Assembly: GCA_046758865.1 (NCBI GenBank)
Contig: JBHIBD010000004.1
Location: 1-57,783, forward strand
Length of the DNA stretch: 57,783 nucleotides
From: Candidatus Brocadiales bacterium
GTDB taxonomy: Bacteria; Planctomycetota; Brocadiia; Brocadiales; Bathyanammoxibiaceae
Direction: 5' to 3'
A program made the translations under genes and the position numbers. Every line of letters starts with the position of its first letter. The stretch's first letter is position 1. Of the stretch, positions 44,290 to 53,039 are shown piece by piece. The notes below the pieces were generated by a model. The model was not told where the DNA came from. It searched no databases and worked only from the letters and a program-made list of their open reading frames with translations.

Positions 44290-47154
44290 ATGCTGACCAG
44301 AATAGAGATATTTCAGAGACCAGACCTGCCAGACCACGAGGGTGAGCAGATTCTTGCTGAGATTCACACCCTTGGCATCCAAGGGGCTGAAGAGGTTAGG
44401 ACGACAGAGGTATACCTCCTTGAGGGAGCACTCCCTGACGGGGACATAGAAACGATATGCAAGGAACTACTTGCCGACACAATAGTCCAAGACTATACCT
44501 TCAACCCACACCCCCCTCCACAGGAAGAGGCTGCCGGGCACATTATAGAGGTCATTAGGAAACCGGGCGTTATGGACCCCGTAGAGGCCACGGCTGTCAG
44601 GGGTATAAAGGACCTGGGCCTCCAGGTAAAATCCCTAAAGAGGGCTAAAAAGTATAGAATCAAGGGCAAACTAACACAGGAAGAGCTGACGGCTATAGCT
44701 ACCAAGATACTCTCAAACAGCACCATTGAGGACGTATTTATTGACTCAAAAGAGATACCTTACGCCAGACCACCTCGAGATTATGTCTTTAATAAAGTAA
44801 CCGTTCCCCTTCTTAATGCCTCTCACGAGGCCCTCTTGAAGATTAGTAAAGATAGACAACTATACCTGAACCTTGAAGAGATGAAATCCGTCCAGGACTA
44901 TTTTAGGAAAGTCGGCAGAGAACCAACCGATGTGGAACTGGAGACCATTGCACAGACCTGGTCGGAACACTGTATGCATAAGACCCTACGTGGGCTGGTG
45001 GACTATCATGGGGAGACGATAGACAACCTGCTGGAAGAGACCATAATGAAGGCCACAGGTGAGCTACGGAGACCCTGGTGCGTAAGCGTATTCGAGGACA
45101 ACGCAGGTATAATAGAATTTAACAAGGATTACAATATATGTTTTAAGGTAGAGACCCATAACCATCCATCTGCCATAGAGCCTTATGGGGGGGCGAGCAC
45201 AGGTGTGGGGGGAGTCATACGGGATATATTAGGCTGTGGCCTTGGCGCAAAACCCATCATGAACACAGATGTCTTTTGTTTTGGACCGCCAAACATGCCT
45301 TATAGCCAATTACCCAAGGGCGCACTACATCCCAGGCGTGTCTTTAAAGGGGTCGTTCAGGGGGTCAGGGATTACGGAAACCGAATGGGTATTCCCACGG
45401 CAAATGGCGCCATCTTCTTCGACGAAAGATATGTAGGCAACCCACTAGTATTCTGCGGCAACCTTGGCCTCATACCTAAGGGCAAGTGTAAAAAGAAGGT
45501 ACGGGCGGGAGACCTAATAGTCCTGGTAGGTGGTCGAACAGGCAGGGATGGCATACACGGTGCCACTTTCTCCTCCGCAGAGCTAACAGCGAAGTCTGAT
45601 ACCATCTCAAGTGGTGCCGTTCAGATAGGCAACCCCATTATAGAAAAGGAAATAACCGATTTGTTACTGGAGGCACGCGACCGGGGACTCTTTCATTCCA
45701 TCACCGATTGCGGCGCCGGTGGCCTCTCCTCGGCAGCAGGGGAGATGGGTAGAGACCTGGGCGCAGTTGTGGACCTGGATAAGGTCCCCATTAAGTACCG
45801 TGGGCTCTCCTATTGGGAGATATGGGTCTCAGAGGCACAGGAGAGGATGGTCCTTGCCGTACCACCACAAAACGCCGAGACACTCATCACACTCTTTAAG
45901 TCTGAGGACGTGGAGGCCACCGTCATCGGAAGATTCTCTGGCGACAAGAAGCTTATCCTGAGGTACGAGGACCAAATTGTAGGAGAGCTGGATATGGGAT
46001 TCCTACACAAAGGGCTTCCTCGCACTATACGAAAGGCTGAATGGCTCCCAAAACGTCATCCGGAGCCTGACCTACCCGAGAAAAAGGACTATACAGAGGA
46101 CCTGTTAAAAATATTGTCCTCATGGAACGTCTGCAGTAAGGAATCTGTTATCAGACAGTACGACCATGAGGTGCAGGGGGGATGTGTCCTCAAACCCCTT
46201 CAGGGCATCAACAATGATGGGCCTGGAGACGCCACCATCATCACACCTATTCTGGGTTCAAATTGTGGCGTAATCGTCTCTTGCGGCATGAATCCCAAGT
46301 ACGGGGACATAGACCCTTATCACATGGCAGCCTGCGCAGTAGACGAGGCCTTGCGACAGATAATATCCGTAGGCGGTGACCTCCGCAGTACAGCACTGTT
46401 AGATAATTTTTGCTGGGGGAATACCCAACTGCCCGATAGACTTGGGGGGCTTGTAAGAGCGGCCCAGGCCTGTTATCATATGTCGCTCTATTTCGGGACA
46501 CCTTTCATCTCAGGAAAGGACAGTTTAAACAACGAATTCAGTGTAGATAGCAAAACCATATGCATACCGCCCACGCTACTCATCTCGGCTATCTCCGTGA
46601 TGGAAGACGTGAGAAAAGCGGTCTCTATGGATGTAAAAACACCCGGTGACCTCATACTCATAGTGGGGTCAACCAAGCCAGAATTGGGCGGTTCTCACTA
46701 CTATCACATACACGGCCACATCGGCAACACTGTCCCACGCGTGGACACACACCACGCAGAGAAGACCATGGATGCACTTTCAAAGGCATCCAAGAAGGGG
46801 CTGGTCAAGGCATGTCACGACTGCTCGGAGGGGGGTCTGGCGGTGGCTGCAGCGGAGATGAGCTTTGCAGGTGGCCTTGGCATGGAGCTCAACATAGAGG
46901 ACGTACCTGTAGAGGACGGTGCAATGAGAGAGGATACTATCCTCTTTTCTGAATCTACCTCACGATTCGTGGTAGAGGTAGGCCCAGGGGATTACAAGGC
47001 ATTTAAGCGCGTAATGAAGGGTGTACCCTTCGGTCTCCTAGGCAGGGTTAGGAGGGACGCGACCTTTATTATTAGGGGCATGCGGGGAAGACCCATAGTT
47101 TATGCAGACATATATCGGCTCAAGGAGGCCTGGCAGGCACCGCTAAGGCGGTAA
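44290..47154 (+). CDS. purL: FGAM synthase, PurS-PurS-PurL fusion
   Basis: Two N-terminal PurS-like units (...ICKELLADTIVQDYTF; ...PGVMDPVEATAVRGIKDLG...KILSNSTIEDVFI), then PurL blocks (WSEHCMHKT, ETHNHPSAIEPYGGA, GNPIIEKE, DCGAGGLSSA); 954 aa. Confidence 0.95.
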   Translation: MLTRIEIFQRPDLPDHEGEQILAEIHTLGIQGAEEVRTTEVYLLEGALPDGDIETICKELLADTIVQDYTFNPHPPPQEEAAGHIIEVIRKPGVMDPVEATAVRGIKDLGLQVKSLKRAKKYRIKGKLTQEELTAIATKILSNSTIEDVFIDSKEIPYARPPRDYVFNKVTVPLLNASHEALLKISKDRQLYLNLEEMKSVQDYFRKVGREPTDVELETIAQTWSEHCMHKTLRGLVDYHGETIDNLLEETIMKATGELRRPWCVSVFEDNAGIIEFNKDYNICFKVETHNHPSAIEPYGGASTGVGGVIRDILGCGLGAKPIMNTDVFCFGPPNMPYSQLPKGALHPRRVFKGVVQGVRDYGNRMGIPTANGAIFFDERYVGNPLVFCGNLGLIPKGKCKKKVRAGDLIVLVGGRTGRDGIHGATFSSAELTAKSDTISSGAVQIGNPIIEKEITDLLLEARDRGLFHSITDCGAGGLSSAAGEMGRDLGAVVDLDKVPIKYRGLSYWEIWVSEAQERMVLAVPPQNAETLITLFKSEDVEATVIGRFSGDKKLILRYEDQIVGELDMGFLHKGLPRTIRKAEWLPKRHPEPDLPEKKDYTEDLLKILSSWNVCSKESVIRQYDHEVQGGCVLKPLQGINNDGPGDATIITPILGSNCGVIVSCGMNPKYGDIDPYHMAACAVDEALRQIISVGGDLRSTALLDNFCWGNTQLPDRLGGLVRAAQACYHMSLYFGTPFISGKDSLNNEFSVDSKTICIPPTLLISAISVMEDVRKAVSMDVKTPGDLILIVGSTKPELGGSHYYHIHGHIGNTVPRVDTHHAEKTMDALSKASKKGLVKACHDCSEGGLAVAAAEMSFAGGLGMELNIEDVPVEDGAMREDTILFSESTSRFVVEVGPGDYKAFKRVMKGVPFGLLGRVRRDATFIIRGMRGRPIVYADIYRLKEAWQAPLRR

Positions 47155-47309
47155 GGTTGTAAGGTAGCCAACCCGCAGTGCCCTTTGAGGAAGGTTTTTG
47201 TGCGGCGTGCTGGGTTGAGGTATCCGCCCAATGCGATTCCCCCATCCAGGCCTGGTTAAACGGATGTGTATGTTTCCAAGGCAACAGTGATTCAAACAGT
47301 GGAGGTAAA

Positions 47310-49040
47310 ATGGCACAGGTAACAACAGCTAAGAAGGTTCCAAGTGACATCGAGATAGCACAGGCAGCAACGCTTAAGCCTATTGAAGATGTAGCCGATT
47401 CTCTAGGAATACAGCGTGACGAGGTCGAGCGCTACGGAAAATACAAGGCCAAAATCAACCTAAGTATCCTGGAAAGGTTAAAAAACCAGGCCAATGGCAA
47501 ATACATCGTAGTAACCGCCATAACTCCTACACCACTGGGAGAAGGTAAGACCACCACCACTGTTGGCCTGGGCATGGCCATGAATAGGATAGGCAAAAGG
47601 ACCGTAATAGCTATAAGACAGCCTTCGCTGGGGCCTGTCTTCGGTATAAAGGGTGGTGCCGCCGGCGGTGGTTACTCTCAGATAGTACCCATGGAGGATT
47701 TTAACCTCCACCTCACGGGTGATAACCACGCCGTCTCCGTTACGCACAACCTTCTAAGTGCCTTCATAGACAACCACCTCCTCCACGGCAATAAGATGGG
47801 CATAGACCCATTTAGCATAACATGGCCCAGGGTGGTTGACATAAGTGACCGCGCCCTCAGGAACATAGTAATCGGCCTCGGCGGCAAGCAACACGGGGTA
47901 CCTAGAGAAACGGGTTTTGACATCTGCGTTGCATCTGAAGTAATGGCCATACTGGCCCTGGCCACCAGTCTCAAAGACCTGAGGGAAAGACTGGGTAGAA
48001 TAGTCATCGGCAGCGACCGCGACGGTAAGCCCATCTCAGCAGAAGACCTGAAGTGTGCAGGTGCTATGACCGTCTTGATGAAGGATGCACTGAAACCCAA
48101 CCTACTCCAGACCCTGGAAAATACACCTGCATTCGTGCACAGCGGCCCCTTCGGCAACATCGCCCACGGTAATAGCTCTATCGTAGCCGACCAGGTGGCA
48201 TTAAAGTGCACTGACTTTGTGGTAACGGAGAGCGGATTCGGCGCCGACCTCGGTGCAGAGAAGTTTATGAACATAAAGTGCCGCTATTCGGGCCTCACGC
48301 CAAACGCCGTCGTTATCGTGGCCACCATCCGGGCCCTCAAGATGCACGGTGGTGTGGGAAAGATAGTGGCGGGAAAGCCTCTACCTGACGAACTACTTCA
48401 GGAAAACGTACCTGCGGTTGAGAAGGGGTGTGAAAATCTAATCAAGATGATTGAAAACATAAAGCTATTCGGTATACCATCGGTAGTAGCAATAAACGCC
48501 TTCCACACCGATACAAGGGCAGAGATAGAGGCCGTAAAGGCCATCGCAACGGAGTACGGGGCCGAGGATGCCGTTGAGTCCAACCACTGGTCAAGGGGCG
48601 GCGCAGGTGCAGAGGAGCTGGCAGATGCCGTAGTTTCAGCGGCACAAAAATCCTCCAGATTTACCTTCCTTTATCCCCTGGAGGCCAGCATAGAGGAGAA
48701 AATAGAGACCATTGCAACCCATATATATGGTGCCGACGGCATAGACATCATGCCGGTAGCCAAGAAGAAGATAAAGCAATACAACAAGTGGGGACCGAAG
48801 TATACCCATCTGCCTATCTGCATGGCAAAGACCCACCTATCCCTATCCCATAACCCTGCACTACAGGGGAGACCCAAGGGTTTTCGCGTACCGGTCCGCG
48901 ACATAAGGGCCTCTATAGGTGCAGGATTCCTCTACCCACTGCTTGGCGACATGAGGACCATGCCGGGACTTCCATCCAAACCAGCCGGCGAAAATGTGGA
49001 CATAGACCTGAACACGGGCAAGATAGTGGGCCTGTTCTAG
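47310..49040 (+). CDS. fhs: formate--tetrahydrofolate ligase
   Basis: ATG 47310 preceded by GGAGG. PSDIEIAQ, P-loop TPTPLGEGKTTTTVGL, GPVFGIKGGAAGGGY, FVHSGPFGNIAHG. The upstream 44 codons of ORF 47178 are not FTHFS-like. Confidence 0.95.
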   Translation: MAQVTTAKKVPSDIEIAQAATLKPIEDVADSLGIQRDEVERYGKYKAKINLSILERLKNQANGKYIVVTAITPTPLGEGKTTTTVGLGMAMNRIGKRTVIAIRQPSLGPVFGIKGGAAGGGYSQIVPMEDFNLHLTGDNHAVSVTHNLLSAFIDNHLLHGNKMGIDPFSITWPRVVDISDRALRNIVIGLGGKQHGVPRETGFDICVASEVMAILALATSLKDLRERLGRIVIGSDRDGKPISAEDLKCAGAMTVLMKDALKPNLLQTLENTPAFVHSGPFGNIAHGNSSIVADQVALKCTDFVVTESGFGADLGAEKFMNIKCRYSGLTPNAVVIVATIRALKMHGGVGKIVAGKPLPDELLQENVPAVEKGCENLIKMIENIKLFGIPSVVAINAFHTDTRAEIEAVKAIATEYGAEDAVESNHWSRGGAGAEELADAVVSAAQKSSRFTFLYPLEASIEEKIETIATHIYGADGIDIMPVAKKKIKQYNKWGPKYTHLPICMAKTHLSLSHNPALQGRPKGFRVPVRDIRASIGAGFLYPLLGDMRTMPGLPSKPAGENVDIDLNTGKIVGLF

Positions 49041-49189
49041 CCCCATCCAACCCGCGAACAATTGCCAAGAATGTATTAGCTACAGGCACAGGCAACACCT
49101 TTGGATTTCCTGAGGCTCGGAGGGCCATAAATCTGTCTCAGGCGGATTGTCCGGGCCTATATGCCCCACAATCCGTAACCAGAAATTCG

Positions 49190-49218
49190 TTTACAAGACC
49201 CAAGGGACGTGGTATACT
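49190..49218 (+). promoter_or_regulatory. candidate promoter with extended -10 (TTTACA-17-TGgTATACT)
   Basis: tttaca 49190-49195, tg 49210-49211, tatact 49213-49218, about 50 nt upstream of purQ ATG 49270. Confidence 0.45.
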
Positions 49219-49269
49219 TTGGTTTTATGTAGTGCCCTAAAAGGGCCGTCAGTAAAGGTCTTACGTTGT

Positions 49270-50052
49270 ATGCCTAAGGTAAAGGCCCTAGTGCTTCGCA
49301 CGGCTGGAACTAATTGTGATTGGGAAACGGAATACGCCCTTAAAAAGGTGGGGGCAGAGGCCAATCGCATCCACATAAACAGGCTCCTGGAGAAAAGGGA
49401 CCTACTTCGCAGCTACCATATCTTCGTTCTGCCGGGCGGATTCACCTACGGCGATGACATAGCCGCAGGGAAGATATTGGCCAATCTACTGCGATTCCAC
49501 CTGGAAGAGAACATAAGAGAATTCCTCCAGGAAGGAAAGCTTATTATGGGTATTTGCAACGGCTTTCAGGCCCTTGTGAAAAGCCGCCTCCTGCCCGCCC
49601 TGGATAGCGGTACCCAGGAGGCAACCCTTACATTCAACGATTCAAACAGGTTTGAGGCCCGATGGGTACACCTCAGGGCCTGTTCCGGAAAATCCGTATA
49701 TGTAAAGGAGGGGGAGCTGCTTTATCTGCCAGTTGCACATGCAGAAGGTAAATTTATGACCAGAGACAAGGGAGTACTGGATAGGTTGGGGAATTCTTCC
49801 CAAATAATCTTCAAGTATGTAAATGAAAAAGGGGAGTGTGCAGGATACCCTTATAATCCTAACGGCTCCGTGGATGGTATAGCAGGGGTATGCGACCCTA
49901 CGGGGCGTATCCTCGGGATGATGCCACACCCAGAGCGATACATTGAACCCATGCAACACCCCCGCTGGCAGAGAGAAGACGGGGGGGAAGAACCCCACGG
50001 GACGTTGATATTCAAAAATGCAGTAAAATACGTCAAAAAAAATCTTCTATAG
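49270..50052 (+). CDS. purQ: FGAM synthase glutamine amidotransferase subunit
   Basis: MPKVKALVLRTAGTNCDWE, nucleophile elbow GICNGFQ, C-terminal MMPHPER. Confidence 0.9.
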   Translation: MPKVKALVLRTAGTNCDWETEYALKKVGAEANRIHINRLLEKRDLLRSYHIFVLPGGFTYGDDIAAGKILANLLRFHLEENIREFLQEGKLIMGICNGFQALVKSRLLPALDSGTQEATLTFNDSNRFEARWVHLRACSGKSVYVKEGELLYLPVAHAEGKFMTRDKGVLDRLGNSSQIIFKYVNEKGECAGYPYNPNGSVDGIAGVCDPTGRILGMMPHPERYIEPMQHPRWQREDGGEEPHGTLIFKNAVKYVKKNLL

Positions 50053-50068
50053 AGATGAGTAGACACCG

Positions 50069-50626
50069 ATGAAGAAAGAAATACTAACTAAAGAACCGCC
50101 TATAGACCTGAAGATACTTGAGCAGGAAATCACCAATTTAAACCATAAGCTCACATCTGGAGACCTCATAGCCCTCCTACAGAAAACACAAGATGCCTAC
50201 GGGTTCCTCCCCAGGGCAGCCCTGGAACTCATATCCAGAGAGACCACTATCTCCTTAACCAGAGTCTTTGGAGTAGCCACCTTCTACTCCCAATTCTCCT
50301 TCATACCCAAGGGAAAGTACACCATTAGGGTTTGCAACGGGACGGCCTGCCACGTGAGGGGCGCCGACGGGGTGATGGAGGAGCTGGAGCGCAACCTTGG
50401 CATAAAGGAAGGCGAGACCACCAAAGACCTGAAATTCACCTTGCAATCAGTAGCCTGTCTTGGCACCTGTGCCTTAGGCCCAATAGTGGTAGTGGGAAGC
50501 AGCATAAAATCTGGGACGTGTTGTGACGTACCTTTTGGGCAAAAGGTGGCCCTGGGCGACAAGTTCTATGGACAGGTAGCGCCTGAAAAGGTGGAGGAGA
50601 TTCTAGAGCGTTATAAAGAGGTGTAA
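50069..50626 (+). CDS. nuoE: NuoE/HoxE-like [2Fe-2S] thioredoxin-fold subunit
   Basis: IRVCNGTACHVRG...SVACLGTCALGPIVVV (C-x4-C...C-x3-C). Carries an extra segment of about 16 aa, SSIKSGTCCDVPFGQKVA, before the conserved YG.V.PEKV..IL end. Confidence 0.85.
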   Translation: MKKEILTKEPPIDLKILEQEITNLNHKLTSGDLIALLQKTQDAYGFLPRAALELISRETTISLTRVFGVATFYSQFSFIPKGKYTIRVCNGTACHVRGADGVMEELERNLGIKEGETTKDLKFTLQSVACLGTCALGPIVVVGSSIKSGTCCDVPFGQKVALGDKFYGQVAPEKVEEILERYKEV

Positions 50627-50629
50627 CCC

Positions 50630-52354
50630 GTGGATAGACTGACCTCCATAGAGGCACTACAGGCACTGAGGAAAAAACTTAAGAGAGAACAAGATACCGA
50701 TAAAAGACCCACTGTAGTGGTCTGCGGTGGAACGGGCTGCGAGACATTTGGGGGTGAGGCCCTTTCCGAGACCTTCGAAGATTTGGTAGAAAAACGCCAG
50801 CTCCAGGACAAGGTAAGGCTAAAAAAAACAGGGTGTCAAGGCCTCTGTGAGCGGGGACCACTAGTTAATATCTTGCCCAGGAAAATCTTCTACCAAAAGG
50901 TAAAGGAGCAAGATGCCTCCAATATACTCGAAGAGACGATACTGAATGGTGATGTAATACAGAAACTCCTCTACACTGACCCAAATACAAACAAAAAGAT
51001 TCCTTACCAACAAGACATACCTTTCTACAAGAAGCAGTTCCGCATAGTGTTGAAGCATAACGGCATTATAGACCCTATGGAGATTACCGACTACATCGCC
51101 GTCGGCGGGTACGCTTCTCTGGAAAAGGTGCTGACAAAGATGACTCCAGAGAATGTAATTAAAGAGATAACAAATTCGGGTCTCAGGGGTAGAGGCGGTG
51201 CCGGATTTAGCACGGGGAAAAAATGGGGATTCGTCAGAAATGCACCTGGAGATAGAAAGTATGTGATATGCAACGGAGATGAGGGAGACCCTGGGGCCTT
51301 TATGGACAGGTCCGTCCTGGAGGGTAACCCTCACCTTGTAATCGAAGGCATGCTGATAGCAGCCTACGCCATGGGTGCGCAGGAGGGCTTCTTCTACGTA
51401 CGCGCCGAGTACCCGCTTGCTGTCAACCACGTGGAGACAGCCATCCAACAGGCCAGGGACCTGGGCCTACTGGGGGAAAATATACTGGGCTCTAACCTAA
51501 GCATTGGTTTGAAGATAAAGCAGGGGGCTGGGGCCTTTGTCTGTGGAGAAGAAACAGCACTTATAGCCTCTATAGAGGGCAAAAGGGGGATGCCTCGCAC
51601 ACGCCCACCTTACCCGGCAATCTCCGGGCTGTGGGGAAGGCCCACCTGTATAAACAATGTGGAGACGCTGGCCAATATACCCACAATAATTGAGAAGGGG
51701 GCAAAGTGGTTCAGCAGCATTGGGACTAAGGGCAGTAAAGGTACAAAGATATTCGCCCTGGCAGGCAACGTCAGGAACACCGGACTGATAGAGGTCCCCA
51801 TGGGCACCACACTAAGGGAGATAGTCTTTGACATAGGGGGTGGCATCGCCCGCAAAAGGAATTTTAAGGCCGCACAGATTGGCGGCCCTTCAGGCGGTTG
51901 CGTACCCATGGAGTATCTGGACACACCCATTGATTATGAGTCCCTTCAAGAGGTGGGCGCCATCATGGGCTCTGGGGGCCTCGTTGTCATGGACGAGAAG
52001 GCATCTATGGCGGAGATGGCCCGATATTTTATAAGCTTCGTGCAGGACGAGTCCTGTGGAAAATGTGTCCCCTGTAGAATAGGCACCAGAAGGATGCTGG
52101 AAATCCTTACCCGCATAGTCCACGGTGAAGGAAGAGATGGAGATGTAGAATTACTCTCTGAACTAGCCACCCGGATAAAAGAGACATCCCTCTGTGGCCT
52201 GGGACAGACCGGCCCCAACCCTGTCCTGTCAACAATCAGGCACTTTAGGCATGAGTACGACGCCCTAATCAAGGGCGAAGCCCTGGAAAAGACCCGAAAG
52301 GCACCTGAGCCAGCAAGGGCCACCGAGGTATCCAGCGCCTCAAAGAGGTCATAA
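50630..52354 (+). CDS. nuoF: NuoF/HoxF-like NAD(H)-binding FMN/4Fe-4S flavoprotein with N-terminal 2Fe-2S-like domain
   Basis: N-terminal VVVCGGTGCETFGG...GCQGLCERGP. FMN/NADH site GLRGRGGAGFSTGKKW, CNGDEGDPGAF. N3 cluster ESCGKCVPCRIGT...LCGLGQ. Confidence 0.9.
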   Translation: MDRLTSIEALQALRKKLKREQDTDKRPTVVVCGGTGCETFGGEALSETFEDLVEKRQLQDKVRLKKTGCQGLCERGPLVNILPRKIFYQKVKEQDASNILEETILNGDVIQKLLYTDPNTNKKIPYQQDIPFYKKQFRIVLKHNGIIDPMEITDYIAVGGYASLEKVLTKMTPENVIKEITNSGLRGRGGAGFSTGKKWGFVRNAPGDRKYVICNGDEGDPGAFMDRSVLEGNPHLVIEGMLIAAYAMGAQEGFFYVRAEYPLAVNHVETAIQQARDLGLLGENILGSNLSIGLKIKQGAGAFVCGEETALIASIEGKRGMPRTRPPYPAISGLWGRPTCINNVETLANIPTIIEKGAKWFSSIGTKGSKGTKIFALAGNVRNTGLIEVPMGTTLREIVFDIGGGIARKRNFKAAQIGGPSGGCVPMEYLDTPIDYESLQEVGAIMGSGGLVVMDEKASMAEMARYFISFVQDESCGKCVPCRIGTRRMLEILTRIVHGEGRDGDVELLSELATRIKETSLCGLGQTGPNPVLSTIRHFRHEYDALIKGEALEKTRKAPEPARATEVSSASKRS

Positions 52355-53007
52355 TGAAGATTATTTCTGTAGCAGGCACTAGCAGTGAAACCGGCAAGAC
52401 CACCGTTGGGGCCTTTATTATAAAGGCCTTCGGTAATATCTGCGCACTAAAGATTACTGTCCGTCATGATGGAGCATGCCCCAGGGACAAAGATAACTCC
52501 TGCGACGGCTGTTCATCCGTGGGGAACTCCCCATTCAGGATAATCACAGACCCTGTGATTCTTGCAGCGCCGGGCAAGGATACTGCCAAGTATATTGAGG
52601 CAGGTGCCCCAAGGGCGGTGTGGCTTCAGACACCTACGGAATGCGCCAAAGAGGGTATAAACAAGGCCCTGAGGCTTTTCGATGACAAGGCCTGGGTACT
52701 GATTGAGGGAAACAGGTTCCTAACCATCGAAGACGCAGACATAGCAATCATGGTTGTCTCCCCTGATTTAGGGAAGATAAAGCACTCAGCGATGGAAGTG
52801 TTTGAGAAGATTAATCTGTTTGTCATAAACAAACGACCTGGCCATCAAGAAGAGCTCCTTGCATCCACAAAGGCACGGCTAAGATCTATGGGCTGCAAGA
52901 CACCCATAATAGTCCTTGACCCATACAACCCAGAGCCAATCGCACAGGAGATGCTGCTAGAGCAGATTAGAGAGGCGCTTAACCTTCCTGTGGGTATGAC
53001 ATCGTAA
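52354..53007 (+). CDS. DTBS/CbiA/MobB-like P-loop NTPase with Cys insertion
   Basis: IISVAGTSSETGKTTV P-loop, LIEGNRF (like the D..(I/L)IEG(A/G)GG second motif), inserted ACPRDKDNSCDGC. The ATG overlaps the nuoF-like stop by 1 nt (TAATG). Confidence 0.5.
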   Translation: MKIISVAGTSSETGKTTVGAFIIKAFGNICALKITVRHDGACPRDKDNSCDGCSSVGNSPFRIITDPVILAAPGKDTAKYIEAGAPRAVWLQTPTECAKEGINKALRLFDDKAWVLIEGNRFLTIEDADIAIMVVSPDLGKIKHSAMEVFEKINLFVINKRPGHQEELLASTKARLRSMGCKTPIIVLDPYNPEPIAQEMLLEQIREALNLPVGMTS

Positions 53008-53039
53008 AGCCCTTTTGCTCTTCTATAAAGAAAGGTAAA

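Noticed and set aside
47155-47309. Possible ZTP (pfl) or THF riboswitch in the 155-nt leader of fhs
   Set aside because: fhs is a classic ZTP-riboswitch target, but I could find neither the GACUGGCG/GGGUCGUGA 5' sub-domain nor the CCGCCUGGGC 3' pseudoknot element. Only a weak imperfect hairpin and a ccaggcctgg palindrome are present.
47178-47309. N-terminal extensions offered by the ORF track for fhs (47178), purQ (49147), ridA (39146), the EamA transporter (5325), the TPR lipoprotein (15244) and the first PagL-like gene (791)
   Set aside because: Family N-termini, SD positions or signal peptides fit the internal ATGs (47310, 49270, 39215, 5400, 15193, 917). The extensions are non-homologous or overlap promoters and repeats.
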